Positions 24,720 to 38,524 of a stretch of DNA of 64,000 nt are shown here, piece after piece. The stretch's first letter is position 1. Every line of letters begins with the position of its first letter. The translations under genes were made by a program, and so were the position numbers. The stretch is taken from positions 38,411,202 through 38,475,201 of the forward strand of contig NC_068998.1 of the NCBI RefSeq assembly GCF_001194135.2. The letters run 5' to 3'. A model generated the notes under the pieces. That model made no database searches. It was not told the DNA's origin and saw only the letters and a program-made list of their open reading frames with translations. This stretch comes from Octopus bimaculoides. Taxonomy: Eukaryota.

Positions 24720-25239
24720 GTGAGGGAAGGTTCTATTTGTGCCAGGTACCAACAAAACATCAGGTGTTCTCAGACATCCTACTACCAATTTCCTCCACAA
24801 AATCAAGATAACAGCAGCTTGTTAGAGAAACGAGCCCCCATGAGGTGGAGTGGCTGCTGCAGTGGGTGCCACTGGCCATTCTCCTCTGCAATGCCATCGC
24901 AGTCATTACCACAAGGCACAACTGAGCACACCATTTGTTCTGGGATGTGTGGCCCATCGTCCCACACCCTCCATCTTCTGCTGCTTCACTCCCCCTTTTT
25001 TCTTTTCTTTCTTTTCTTTTCTTATCTCTCTCTTTTCCTGTTTCTTTGTATTCTTACCAAAAAGAAATTAATAAAAACATATAATAGGAGTGGCTGTGTG
25101 GTAAGTAGCTTGCTTACCAACCACATGGTTCTGAGTTCATTCCCACTGCATGGTACCTTGGGCAAGTGTCTTCTACTATAACTTCAGGCTAACCAAAGCC
25201 TTGTGAGTGAATTTGGAAGACGGAAACTGAAAGAAGCCC

Positions 25240-25279
<40 letters not shown>

Positions 25280-25454
25280 TGTCTGTCTGTTTGTCTGTCT
25301 TTGTGTCTGTCCCCAGCCACTGCTTGACAACTGGTGTTGGTGTGTTTACATCCCCATAACTTAGCGGTTTGGCAAAAGATATCAATAGAATGAGTTAACT
25401 TGAGAATTACATCAAGGTTACATATTTCTGTGGAATAATCAAATACTTACAGGT

Positions 25455-25812
25455 AAATTTTAATGAGCAGGTAATTCAGTGGATCAAACTACTGCTATTC
25501 CATCAGTTACAATGACAAGGGTTCCAGTTGATCCAATCAACGGAATAACCTATTCGTGAAATTAATGTGCATGTGGCTGAGCACACCACAGACACATGTA
25601 CCCTTAACGTAGTTCTCAAGGAGATTCAGCAGACACAGAATATGACAAGGCTGGCCCTTTGAAATACAGGTACTACTCGTTTTTGCCATCTGAGTGGATT
25701 GGAGCAACATGAAATAAAGTATCATACTCAAGGACACAACGCATCACCAGGAATTGAACTCACAACCTTGTGATCATGAGCTGAATGCCTTAACCACTAA
25801 ACCACGTGCCTT
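25455..25812 (-). mobile_element. tRNA-derived SINE family C (Meta-like TTGTGTCCTTGAG domain)
   Basis: On the minus strand GTGGTTAAGG..GAGTTCAATTCC head followed by TTGTGTCCTTGAG. Confidence 0.7.
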
Positions 25813-26779
25813 CACAATGGGTCAAATAACTAAATGCTAATCTTCAAAACCAATGGAAGACCCATCATCACTGCTGATAGATTTACCAACAGATCGAACT
25901 GGGTTCAGTACTGCAAGCCAGTAACTCACTCATCAAGTGTACAACTTCACAATTTTCTATGTGAGTGATTACTTACAGTTGAGTACACCCTATCCATCAA
26001 CAATTAAGTTGTTTTGACCATGGACACAATACAATGGTGGTTACTGTATACAAACCAATGACCTCTCAGTTCATTGCCTGGTATCTGATTGGTTCAGCCA
26101 TTTGTAATCTCCTGCCAATGCTGTTACTGTTTGGACCCAGGTAAAGCACGATTGAACAGACTTATAATCAAACGCATCACTTCGCTTTTGGCTGATATTC
26201 AGAATTCCCATATTGAATGTCCTTCCTGTTTTTTTAAAGATGGTAGGGTGTTATTTGGGAGGGATTTAGCTGTTGTTTCTAGCAGCTCAAGCAACCACAC
26301 GGATGCCACAATGGTAAGGCTGTTTTCTTCATTAGTCACAAAAGATAAATCAGCAGAAAGTTTCACACAAAATTTAAACTCAGTGACCTAAGTCGCTAAT
26401 TCCAGCACTCTGCTGTTGAATCAAGGTACTTTTAGTTGCGAGAACCATTTCAGAACTGATCGGAACAAAGAAGAAGGAAAGAAAAAAAAGACTCGGAGAT
26501 GAAATGATTAAACATTTAAGCAGTTAAGCTAACTAACAAGATTTCATCAAAGATTACTACGAAGTTCAAAAGGCAAGCTTTTATTATTTTTTTTTCTTCC
26601 AAAGAAATTGATAAGATCTTACCATGTTTGTAAAACTCTGAATAATGCCTTCTGTTAAGTACGATGAAGAATTTCTTTAAATTCCATCTCTTAGACAATA
26701 TATAACATCTCAATTTACATATATAATGTACCATAACATTCAGTTTAATCATTTTAAGCATTTTCTTGCATAAGCATAG

Positions 26780-28330
26780 GCTGGAACGGGTGATGCTACA
26801 GCTTCACACGTTTGTATAGATTGTTGTAGAAGTAATATAACTAATTGGACAAAGATGTTCAACCGACAACTCATATGTTGTAAGCTCATGTTTAATGTAC
26901 AAGTGGCCAAAATGGGGTTCTTCTGAGTAAACTGAGCAGCTACTTCTCAGCATTGAGGGGCCACAGCTCTGGTATTACAAACATGTGATTATAAAAGTAA
27001 TATAACTAATTGGACAAAGATATTCAACTACCAACTCATATGTTGTAAGCTCATANNNNNNNNNNNNNNNNNNNNNNNNNNNNNNNNNNNNNNNNNNNNN
27101 NNNNNNNNNNNNNNNNNNNNNNNNNNNNNNNNNNNNNNNNNNNNNNNNNNNNNNNNNNNNNNNNNNNNNNNNNNNNNNNNNNNNNNNNNNNNNNNNNNNN
27201 NNNNNNNNNNNNNNNNNNNNNNNNNNNNNNNNNNNNNNNNNNNNNNNNNNNNNNNNNNNNNNNNNNNNNNNNNNNNNNNNNNNNNNNNNNNNNNNNNNNN
27301 NNNNNNNNNNNNNNNNNNNNNNNNNNNNNNNNNNNNNNNNNNNNNNNNNNNNNNNNNNNNNNNNNNNNNNNNNNNNNNNNNNNNNNNNNNNNNNNNNNNN
27401 NNNNNNNNNNNNNNNNNNNNNNNNNNNNNNNNNNNNNNNNNNNNNNNNNNNNNNNNNNNNNNNNNNNNNNNNNNNNNNNNNNNNNNNNNNNNNNNNNNNN
27501 NNNNNNNNNNNNNNNNNNNNNNNNNNNNNNNNNNNNNNNNNNNNNNNNNNNNNNNNNNNNNNNNNNNNNNNNNNNNNNNNNNNNNNNNNNNNNNNNNNNN
27601 NNNNNNNNNNNNNNNNNNNNNNNNNNNNNNNNNNNNNNNNNNNNNNNNNNNNNNNNNNNNNNNNNNNNNNNNNNNNNNNNNNNNNNNNNNNNNNNNNNNN
27701 NNNNNNNNNNNNNNNNNNNNNNNNNNNNNNNNNNNNNNNNNNNNNNNNNNNNNNNNNNNNNNNNNNNNNNNNNNNNNNNNNNNNNNNNNNNNNNNNNNNN
27801 NNNNNNNNNNNNNNNNNNNNNNNNNNNNNNNNNNNACAACTCATATGTTGTAAGCTCATGTTTAATGTACAAGTGGCCAAAATGGGGTTCTTCTGAGTAA
27901 ACTGAGCAGCTACTTCTCAGCATTGAGGGGCCACAGCTCTGGTATTACAAACATGTGATTATAAAAGTAATATAACTAATTGGACAAAGATATTCAACTA
28001 CCAACTCATATGTTGTAAGCTCATATTTAATGTACAAGTGGCCAAAATGGGGTACATTTGAGTAATGTTACTCAACGGGGAACATAGCTCAGAGACCAGG
28101 GAGTCCCACCGGGTCAAGTAGCTACTTCTCTGCATTGAGGGGTTACAGCTCTGGTATTGCAATCATGTGATTAGAATGTCACAGAAAAGAATCACAAGAC
28201 AGATTCTTCAAACCTGGCCAATTAACATGGGATCTAAGAGAAGAGGAAGAACAGTTTGGTTAGATAATCCCCATAGCCTCGGTTGGTCATGCTTGGAGAT
28301 CTGGCCTGAAAGTCTAATAATGGTTACTTC
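26780..28330 (+). pseudogene. Decayed RTE-like LINE ORF2 C-terminus with 165-bp tandem duplication across a gap
   Basis: LLSIEGPQLWYYKHVI and IRMSQKRITRQIL..KRRGRTVWLDN..WSCLEIWPESL..VTSDR remnants. Confidence 0.65.
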
Positions 28331-29249
28331 TGATAGGACACCTTATTTTACTTCTTGTTTTCTACAATCATCTCATACCCCTTCACAAGTTGTTCTCAGC
28401 CAGGGTCCACATGACCCCCTAGGGATCTAAATAAGATTTTAGGGGGTTCCACACACAAGTAAAATAGTAAATTGGGGATGCACAGTAGTATATTAAGGAT
28501 CCATGAAGTTAATGTGGAAATAACAGAATAGGTATTTTGAAGAAGATTCTTTAAAACTAGTTTTTAAACATCAAAACGCTATGGGTGTCCACCAGAGTAA
28601 AATAATAATCAAAGGGGTCCACAGGTAAAAAATGGTTGAGAATGGTGGTGGTGCTGGTGGTGCTGGTGCTGGTGGCAGCAATGGTGACAATGATGGCGAT
28701 GACAATGACAATGTCGATCATGATGAGGAGGAAGAAGAGGAGAAGGAGGACCTAGCGCAAAAACTGAACCTGTAGCACATATTGTCCTTCACCCCCTCAG
28801 CTTCTGCGACAGATCCTACATTGGTTTCAGTGGAAAGCATTTGGTCGTTCCATCAACAGAACATCTGACTCATTCCGTTAATATATATGTGGCTGAGTAT
28901 TCCATAGGCATTAGTACCTTTATTGTATTTCTGAAGCGTAACCATTATAGTACATTATGTGACAAAACTGAATCTCTAAATGGCCCATACAATCCACCTG
29001 AGAAGCTTCCTTATGGTTCGTGTTTATGGAATTTCACTCACAAAAAGGGTCCAACTCAAGGCTATGATAAAGACACTGGCCTAAAATGCCCCACAGTGAA
29101 GTTGAGCCAAAGACCTCATAATTGTGTCTTGTGCTTCACTCACCTGGCTGCTACACTTATCTTCTATACTGATCAAGATCATCAGAATCCTTGGTTTATT
29201 ACTTTCAACCCTAAGCTGCTATACTCCTCTGAGGTAATATATGAATATA

Positions 29250-29291
<42 letters not shown>

Positions 29292-29744
29292 NNNNNNNNN
29301 NNNNNNNNNNNNNNNNNNNNNNNNNNNNNNNNNNNNNNNNNNNNNNNNNNNNNNNNNNNNNNNNNNNNNNNNNNNNNNNNNNNNNNNNNNNNNNNNNNNN
29401 NNNNNNNNNNNNNNNNNNNNNNNNNNNNNNNNNNNNNNNNNNNNNNNNNNNNNNNNNNNNNNNNNNNNNNNNNNNNNNNNNNNNNNNNNNNNNNNNNNNN
29501 NNNNNNNNNNNNNNNNNNNNNNNNNNNNNNNNNNNNNNNNNNNNNNNNNNNNNNNNNNNNNNNNNNNNNNNNNNNNNNNNNNNNNNNNNNNNNNNNNNNN
29601 NNNNNNNNNNNNNNNNNNNNNNNNNNNNNNNNNNNNNNNNNNNATATATGTATGTATATGTATATGTATATGTATATATATACATATATATATATACATA
29701 TACATATATATATATGTGTATGTATGTATGTATATAGATATGTA

Positions 29745-29784
<40 letters not shown>

Positions 29785-30108
29785 CATATATACACACACA
29801 CAAACACACAGACACACACACACACATATATACAGACACAAACACACACATATACAAATACATGCACACACGCACACATTTAAATATATATATATATATA
29901 TATATATATAATGTATACATGATACATATGTGTGTGTGTTTGTGTATATACATATGTATATAAATGTATATACATATATAATATGAATGTGTGTATATAT
30001 ACATTTATAATTTGTATGTATGTGTGCATGTATATATGTATGTATGTGTATGTATGTATGTGTGCATGTATATATGTATGTATGTGTATGTATGTGTGTG
30101 TATGTATG

Positions 30109-30139
<31 letters not shown>

Positions 30140-31383
30140 ATATGTGTGTGTGTGTGTATGTGTGTGGATGCATGTATGTATGTATGTATGTATGTATGTA
30201 TGTATGTATGTATGTATGTATGTATGTATCAGATATAAGATCAAAACATTAATTGGATCTAAGAGGAAAGTATGGTAATATAAGTAAATAATCAGAATAT
30301 TGTGATGGTTGCTGCAGCAGGGGGTTAATATCTTCCCTTAACAGAATTTGCTATCTCAGATAATGTTTCGTTTCCAACAATGTATAGTTAATATGTTTGT
30401 TTCACTGACAAAGATAACATGTTTATTCTTTTATTAAAAGAAAGAAAGAAATGAAAAGGAAAAAAATAAATAAAATCTTTCGCAGAATTTCAGTAAACAG
30501 TAAATAAAATAATTTAAAATTCTGCCACACTCTTATACATACAAACATTAAAATTTGCTTTATTTATTTTTTCTCTTCAAATTCAGTTTCTTTGAATAAA
30601 ATAGAATTTCTAACAGTTTATTTATTTTTCTTATTAAATGTTATCTGTTCAATTCCATTTTCTTTTACTGCTTTTATCAAAGAATCGTAAAGAAGTTCAA
30701 TTTTAGAATTTAAGGGGTTACATACAAAACAAATCATTGAATATTTTTCCACAAAGAAATGTCACTATATAACCAACTTTCTCTCAATATCACAATTATT
30801 AGCTTAATGTTAAGAAATCTACCAAAATTTCTCTCTGGATAATATCGATAACTTTGTATCATTAAATTTGTGGGGAAAACTTCTGGAAAGAATAAAATGA
30901 AAATCAAAGAAATCCTATGGGGAAAATAGAATTTTCTATCGAATTTTTAAGGCAGTTGCTAATTTTTACTTTCAACACATGATTTACTTAGTATTATTTT
31001 GCAAATAGAACCAAAGCTTCTTTCTGTTTTCCCAATTTTTTTTTTAAAAAGATAACAAAAATGCATTGAATATAATTGCTTTTATTGCTAGGGATGTAAA
31101 ACTTATTGTAATAGCAGCTCTTTACCGAATAAGTTACTGCTTTTGTTGAGAGACTCTGCTCAATTTCAATGATATTATGATTATATTTTCAAATCATTAT
31201 TTCGGAATTCTTAGCATAAGAGCTGAGTTGCAGAACTATATTTTCTGTTGAACCAAGTTCCACAACCCAATTTGCAATTTATGATTGCAACAGTTTTTAC
31301 TTCCCAATATATCTCTAATGCACTGGAAAGAGACATAAATCTGGATTCTTCTGACTAGGTAGCACATATTTAAAGATATATAC

Positions 31384-31458
31384 TTGAATTCCAATAGTTC
31401 CATAAATATTCCAGATATTTTCTGTTTGAAAACGGCTGTCATTGATTCACAATTTAAA
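31384..31458 (-). CDS. Candidate exon of the minus-strand gene
   Basis: Acceptor TCTGTTAATTGCAG, donor CAA|GTATAT, 75 nt, phase 2 to 2: LNCESMTAVFKQKISGIFMELLEF. Confidence 0.5.
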
Positions 31459-34440
31459 CTGCAATTAACAGAGAATATATATGGGATTATGTATGTATGT
31501 ATGTATGTATGTGCATATGCAGGTATGTATGTATGTATCTATGTATGTATCAATGTATCTATGTTTTTTTTAGATTTATTTGAAGAATTTTTAGTCGAAT
31601 GAATAGACCCCAGAACTCTTTTTTAAGCCTGGCATTTATTCTATCAGAATCTTTTGCCAAACCACTAAGTTACAGGGATATAAACACAACAACACTAGTT
31701 GTCAAGCAGATGTGGGAGACATCCTCAAACACAAACACAAACACACATGTTATACAATGGGCTTCTTTCAGCTTCTATCAATCAAATCCACTCGCAAGGC
31801 TTTGGTCAGCCCGGGGCTATAGTAGAAGACACTTGCCCAAGGTGTCACACTGTAAGACTGAACCTGGATCTATGTGGTTGGGAAGGAAACTTTTTACCAC
31901 ACAGCCACGCCTGCACATATTACACAGTAACGCCTCCATATGTTTGTGTAATTGTACACATACGTTGATCCAGAAACCTGAAATGGAGAATCCCTGAAGT
32001 ATTTTAGGAATTTTCACTGTTCCTCTAACCAATTATATCTGAAGAATGTGAATCAGTCTCCTCTATTCTTTTTTGGTGAACCCAAATATTTTTAGGCTTT
32101 TAAGCTAATTTATTATGAAGCCCAGTACACCCATGATAATAGGAACAAATGAAAATCTACAGCATGGATACAAGAGCTGTAGATTTCTCATTTGTTCTTC
32201 ATAGATATTCTCTTTTCCTCAATTTTTGAAGAGGCATTCACATCTGCTGAACAACTGATCTCTGCAATGCTGCACAACTTTTGTTCCCCATCTTATACAA
32301 CAATATCTGTCCTGTTGTGCTAACACTGGGCTGCAGCTTTTGTTGGAATGCTCCACCCGTATTCTTTATTTTTAAGGGTATGGATACTTTCTGGTTCCAG
32401 TGTGACTTTGACATGGTAGTAAGGATAATATTTCCTGCATATAACATTGCAGTCTGTCTGAACAACAATGTCATGTCTCACAGAAAGGTAGCATCTCACA
32501 AACATTTTTAGACAGCTACTGATGATACAAGCGATATCTTCTCATTGGTATGGCACAATCAACATTTTCTATCACAGCATGGAAGTTTACAGCCATTCCT
32601 ATCTCTTTTGTTGATCAGGTATTTAGTAGCTGTCTCCTGTTTTGGGATGGCAAAGTTAAAGTCTTCTAAATGAGATGCAATGTATTTATCACAGGGCTGG
32701 AGAGGCTACCATTTATGTCAATGTTCCTGGCTGGCATTTTCTAGCCTGTAGAATATGTATCTATTTTTTTTGTTCTTTTATATGTTTCAGCCTTGAGGCT
32801 GCGGCCATACATTTTTTTTTTTTTTTTTTGCTTGTTTCAAGTCTGCAATCATACTGGAGCTTTGCCTTGGAGGGTTTTTAGTCGAACAAATCAACCCCAG
32901 GACTTATTTTTTTGAGCCTAGTACTTATTGTATTAGCTTCCTTTTGCTGAACTGCTAAGTTACAGGAACGTAGACATGCCAACACCAGTTGTTAAGTGGT
33001 GGTGGTTGACAAACACAGACACAAACACAGACACAGACACACACATACACACACACACACACACACATGCATACTGAGGCACTCAAAGTACAATGTGCAT
33101 GTACTCTATCTGCACAACTGGGTCCCTACCAAGTCTACAACTGCTGTCTTTCCCCTTCTCCCTGTCCAGACAACTGGGGCCCTTCTCCTGACCCTCTTCT
33201 TATTGTCTTCTATTCCTCATTTTTCCCATCAAACCCCATCATATTTGTATCACTCTCTCACTCTTCCTCTATTCGCAACCCCTAACTCCACCCCTATTTT
33301 CCTATCATTCATCCCTCCATTACTCTCCTATCTACTATATTATTCTGTTATTGGAAGTAACAAAAGCAGAATCTGTTACTACATACAATATCACCATCTC
33401 TGAACTGCCAGCCACTACTCCCTCTCCTTTGTGCTACTCCCAGTTGGCATCCATCCCTCATTCTTATCATTGTCTCCCCCCCCCCCTTACATATTTACTA
33501 TTCCATCCCTGTTCACTTTTCTCTATATTCATCCCCTATATACATCTGACCACCTCCACCCACATTCATGTTCCATCCATCACTCTGCTCCCCCACTCTT
33601 ACAACCCCATCCACTCCATTTGACTCTTCTGTTTTCACACTGTCTTCTGTTCACATTCTTGGTCATTAAGGTACATTCTGGTACCATGTCCCCACTACAT
33701 TTCGTTTTGGGGGTACCACCTCAGACTCTCCACTCCATCCATGTAAAATACAAACGAGGTAGCCATGAAGCTGCTCCACATCAGTAAACCGGTTCCGATT
33801 CTTTCCATCATACATTAATCATTTAATACTTGGATTGCTCTGTCAAATTTAATGCTTATTTATTCACATTGTTTTAAATTAATCATGAATTATCTCATAG
33901 CTTTGTGATTTTGATGATGTGGTTATGTACTTTTAGATTGACATTGTAGGGTAGGCATGAGAGGCTGGATCTGGCCAGTTTGAACATAAAACAGGAAGAA
34001 TATTTAGGCCAGATATGCCCGGTTTGGGAATTGAACTCACTACTTCATGATTGTAAGCCTGACACTCTAATCACTGAGCCTATGTATTCACATTGTTTTG
34101 AGTTAAACATAAATTATCTTGTAGCTTTCAGATTTCGATGATGTGATTGTTTATTTTTAGAATGACATTGTAGGTAGGCATGAGAGGCCTGATCTGCTCA
34201 GTTTGCACATAGAACAGTTAGAATATTCGGGCCTAATATGGCTGGTCTGAATACTAAAGGATTAATGTTCACAAATGATGGCATAACACACAAAATGAGT
34301 GTTGTGTGAAACTACAGACACCCAATAAGCTAAAGAATTTCCTAGGATCTTTAAGAGTATCATTAAACATGGCAACTGCCCTCATCACTCATATTCAATG
34401 TATTTGAAACAGAACTTTCTGGAAAAGACTATCAACTCAC

Positions 34441-34527
34441 ACTTTTATCTCCTGAGTAGGAAAGAATAACTGGTGGGTCGTGAAAAGACTGGTTAACACA
34501 TCTAAATGGCAGTAATGTTTCAGGAGA
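34441..34527 (-). CDS. Candidate exon of the minus-strand gene
   Basis: Acceptor GCTTTATTTTGCAG, donor AGT|GTGAGT, 87 nt, phase 2 to 2: (S)LLKHYCHLDVLTSLFTTHQLFFPTQEIK(V); the phase-0 frame is also open. Confidence 0.55.
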
Positions 34528-34879
34528 CTGCAAAATAAAGCAATGCTCAGAAAATATAGCACATAATGTAGACAATACAGGGAAAAAGAAATCTGCCTGA
34601 CATTTGGAAATGACAGAAGAAGGGATGGGTGACAATAGAAATTTTCATACAATGATCTGTTTCATAGTTTTTTTGTCCATCAGTGAAAAGATAATCCAAA
34701 GAGCATAACCTTAAATCTAAGATGATAGATAATGCTCCAAGCCAATTCCACAATCCTGACACACATATGTAACTGCAACGCTTATGTTATCACAATAAAG
34801 CCTCGCCTCTTATGTTCAGTTGGGGAAAACTCTAACCCAACATACTTTCATCAGACCCATGCAAGTATGGAAGAAAAAG

Positions 34880-35340
34880 TCATCAGCATCATTGTCGTTG
34901 TCATCGTCGTCATCGTCCTCATCATTATCATCATCATCAACATCATCATCGTCGTCGGCGTTGCAGTTGTCATAATTGTCATCGTCACCATCACAACCAC
35001 CATCATCATCATCATCATTTTCATCCTCATCATCATCTTCATCCTCCTCATCCTCCTCATCATCATCATTATCATTGTTGTTCTTCTTCTCCTCGTCTTC
35101 ATAATCATCATCATCATCATCTTCATCATCATCAACATCATCATTGTCATCAACATCGACATTATCATCATTATCAACAGTGTCATTGCCGTTGTCATCA
35201 TCATCATCGTCATCATCATCATTATCATCTTCATTACCATCATTGTCTTTGTCATCATTGTCATTGTCATCATTGCCAGCATCATCACAATAGTCCACCT
35301 CCTCCTCCTCATCATCATCATCATTTTCATTTGGAGGAAG
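34880..35340. repeat. Long degenerate (CAT)n-derived low-complexity tract
   Basis: Mixed CAT/CGT/CAA/CCT triplets giving poly-I/V, poly-D and poly-M ORFs in several frames. Confidence 0.85.
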
Positions 35341-35672
35341 AGGAGGTGGAAAAATATTTTTAAAAAAGCAGATCCCAGACCAACACACTATAGTACCAAA
35401 AAAACACATAGTACATAAATGCTATACCAATAGATACCAAAATAAAAACCACACCAACACACTAGAGCCGCAAACAGATACAAGCTATATTCACATGCTC
35501 TACCAACTCACTACATCAACACAGACCACATTAACACAGAAAAACTAATACGGGAAAAAAAACAGACGACACACAGACAGACAACCTAGCCAAGACTACA
35601 GCTGTGTTGAACACAAGAAGTGTATGATTTAGTAATGAATGAAGCCAACACATCAACACAGAGCTATATATG

Positions 35673-35714
<42 letters not shown>

Positions 35715-36171
35715 NNNNNNNNNNNNNNNNNNNNNNNNNNNNNNNNNNNNNNNNNNNNNNNNNNNNNNNNNNNNNNNNNNNNNNNNNNNNNNNNNNNNNN
35801 NNNNNNNNNNNNNNNNNNNNNNNNNNNNNNNNNNNNNNNNNNNNNNNNNNNNNNNNNNNNNNNNNNNNNNNNNNNNNNNNNNNNNNNNNNNNNNNNNNNN
35901 NNNNNNNNNNNNNNNNNNNNNNNNNNNNNNNNNNNNNNNNNNNNNNNNNNNNNNNNNNNNNNNNNNNNNNNNNNNNNNNNNNNNNNNNNNNNNNNNNNNN
36001 NNNNNNNNNNNNNNNNNNNNNNNNNNNNNNNNNNNNNNNNNNNNNNNNNNNNNNNNNNNNNNNNNNNNNNNNNNNNNNNNNNNNNNNNNNNNNNNNNNNN
36101 NNNNNNNNNNNNNNNNNNNNNNNNNNNNNNNNNNNNNNNNNNNNNNNNNNNNNNNNNNATATAAATAAATG

Positions 36172-36202
<31 letters not shown>

Positions 36203-36275
36203 GAAGCAACACAAACATTCAGCTGTTTGTGTGTGTGTGTTTTTATATACACATGCAGCTATACAAACACTCAGC

Positions 36276-36309
<34 letters not shown>

Positions 36310-37602
36310 TACATACGTTCATTCATTCATACATACATACAATCGAAACACAACACATGTATGGCTAACACACAAAGCTGCCGCAAAACCCCACCAGAAT
36401 TACAGAGGCATAGCTGAGATAAGGCGAATATAAATTGAACGGTGAGTTAAAGCCAACGTTACAAGATACCGTATTAACAAACCTAATGTGTATCAACACC
36501 ACCACCACCACCACCACCACAACAACAACAACAACGAATACAGAACATAGAAAAGAATCGCAGCTCACAACCCGGCACTACAGAGCTGCGTTCAAGATAA
36601 GGCGAGTGTATTCTGTAGTGAGTGAAAACCAGTAGAGAAGAAGATGAAGTATAAAACCGACACAACAGAAGCAAAGCCAACATTAACATACAGTAGAACA
36701 TTGATTTATCGATGCACACAGTCCAATATTGGAATTTTTCTTTCTTCTATCCACCATTCCTTTATACTCTTCTCTCTTTTGAGACAATAATATTGTTGTT
36801 GTTGCTGCTGTTATTGTTGTTGTTGTTGCAGCTGTTGTTGTTGTTGTTGTTGTTTATTTTCTTCTCTTTTCCTCAAACATTCACAATCTTACTAATGGGA
36901 TAGGAAAAGGGTTATGTTTTGTCTCTTGGTTTTTTTTTTTCTTTTTTTTTTTGTCTTTTTCCTTACAAGTGTTCATTGTTGTTTTGAGACATTCTGTTCA
37001 GGTCTTGCTACTCTTTTCCTTCGTTTCAAACAGTTCTAGGGGATTTCCTCAATTTGTTCCTTCTGTTTTTTTATTATTATTTTTTTTTTTGGTGCTGGCT
37101 TTTTGTTATTTCTTTTATTTTCATGAGTAAGTTGAACGCGAGTACGAGTGCATATCTGTGTGTGTGTGTGTGTGTGTNNNNNNNNNNNNNNNNNNNNNNN
37201 NNNNNNNNNNNNNNNNNNNNNNNNNNNNNNNNNNNNNNNNNNNNNNNNNNNNNNNNNNNNNNNNNNNNNNNNNNNNNNNNNNNNNNNNNNNNNNNNNNNN
37301 NNNNNNNNNNNNNNNNNNNNNNNNNNNNNNNNNNNNNNNNNNNNNNNNNNNNNNNNNNNNNNNNNNNNNNNNNNNNNNNNNNNNNNNNNNNNNNNNNNNN
37401 NNNNNNNNNNNNNNNNNNNNNNNNNNNNNNNNNNNNNNNNNNNNNNNNNNNNNNNNNNNNNNNNNNNNNNNNNNNNNNNNNNNNNNNNNNNNNNNNNNNN
37501 NNNNNNNNNNNNNNNNNNNNNNNNNNNNNNNNNNNNNNNNNNNNNNNNNNNNNNNNNNNNNNNNNNNNNNNNNNNNNNNNNNNNNNNNNNNNNNNNNNNN
37601 NN

Positions 37603-38250
37603 GTGTGTTTGTGTGTGTGTGTTTGTCCCCCCAACATCGCTTGACAACCGATGCTGGTATGTTTACATCCCCGTAACTTAGCAGTTTGGCAAAAGAGACT
37701 AATAGAATAAGTACTAGGCTTACAAAGTTTAAGTCCTGGGGTCGATTTGCTCGACTAAAGGTGGTGCTCCAGCATGGCCACAGTCAAATGACTGAAACAA
37801 GTAAAAGAGTAAAAGAGAGTAAAGAGTATATATATATATTTTCCTTTTATTCTTTTATTCTTTTACTTGAGTCAGTCATGCTGGGGCACCACCTGAGGGA
37901 TTTTAGTTGAACAAATCGACCTCAGGACTTATTTTTGTAAGCCTAGTACTTATTCCATCAGTTGAACTTGTTGAACCACTAAGTTACTGGGATGTAAACA
38001 CATCAACACCAGTTGTCAAGCGGTGATTCGGGAGTGGACAAACACAGACACAAAAACGCACACATATAGATAAATATATTCATATATAAATATATAATGG
38101 GCTTCTTTCAGTTTCCATCAACCAAATCCACTCACAGGACTTTGGTTGACCTAAGGCTATAGTAGAAGTTATTTGACCAAGGTGTCATGCAGTGGGACTG
38201 AACCCAGAACCATGTATTTGGGAAGTAAGCTTCTTACTACACAGCTATGT
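37603..38250. mobile_element. Tail-to-tail pair of SINE family A copies
   Basis: Plus copy 3' half at 37603-37830, then minus copy at 37840-38250. Confidence 0.85.
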
Positions 38251-38524
38251 CTGTGTCTCAGCTCCGTCTGGCTTCTGTGCCAGAGGCACATAAAAGCACC
38301 ATCCAAATATGGGCGATGCCACCCCCACCCCGGCCCCTGTGCTAGTGGCATGTAAAAAGCACCCACTACACTCCCGGAGTGGTTAGGAAGGGCATCCAGC
38401 TGTACAAACACTGCCAGATCAGATTGGAACCTGGTGCATCTTCCTGGCTTCTCAGACCCCAGTCAAACCGTCCAACCCATGCCAGCATGGAAAACAGACG
38501 TTAAACGTTGATGATGATGATGAT

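Noticed and set aside
24675-32760. Synaptotagmin C2B-like resemblance (LGEVFISLLYIH + RAGEATIYV at 32697)
   Set aside because: The similarity breaks immediately afterwards, there is no donor at 32.7 kb, and no other C2 exons were found.
34732-35418. 228-aa poly-I/V ORF and antisense acidic 197-aa ORF
   Set aside because: A degenerate trinucleotide tract is open in several frames by construction; no splice or domain support.
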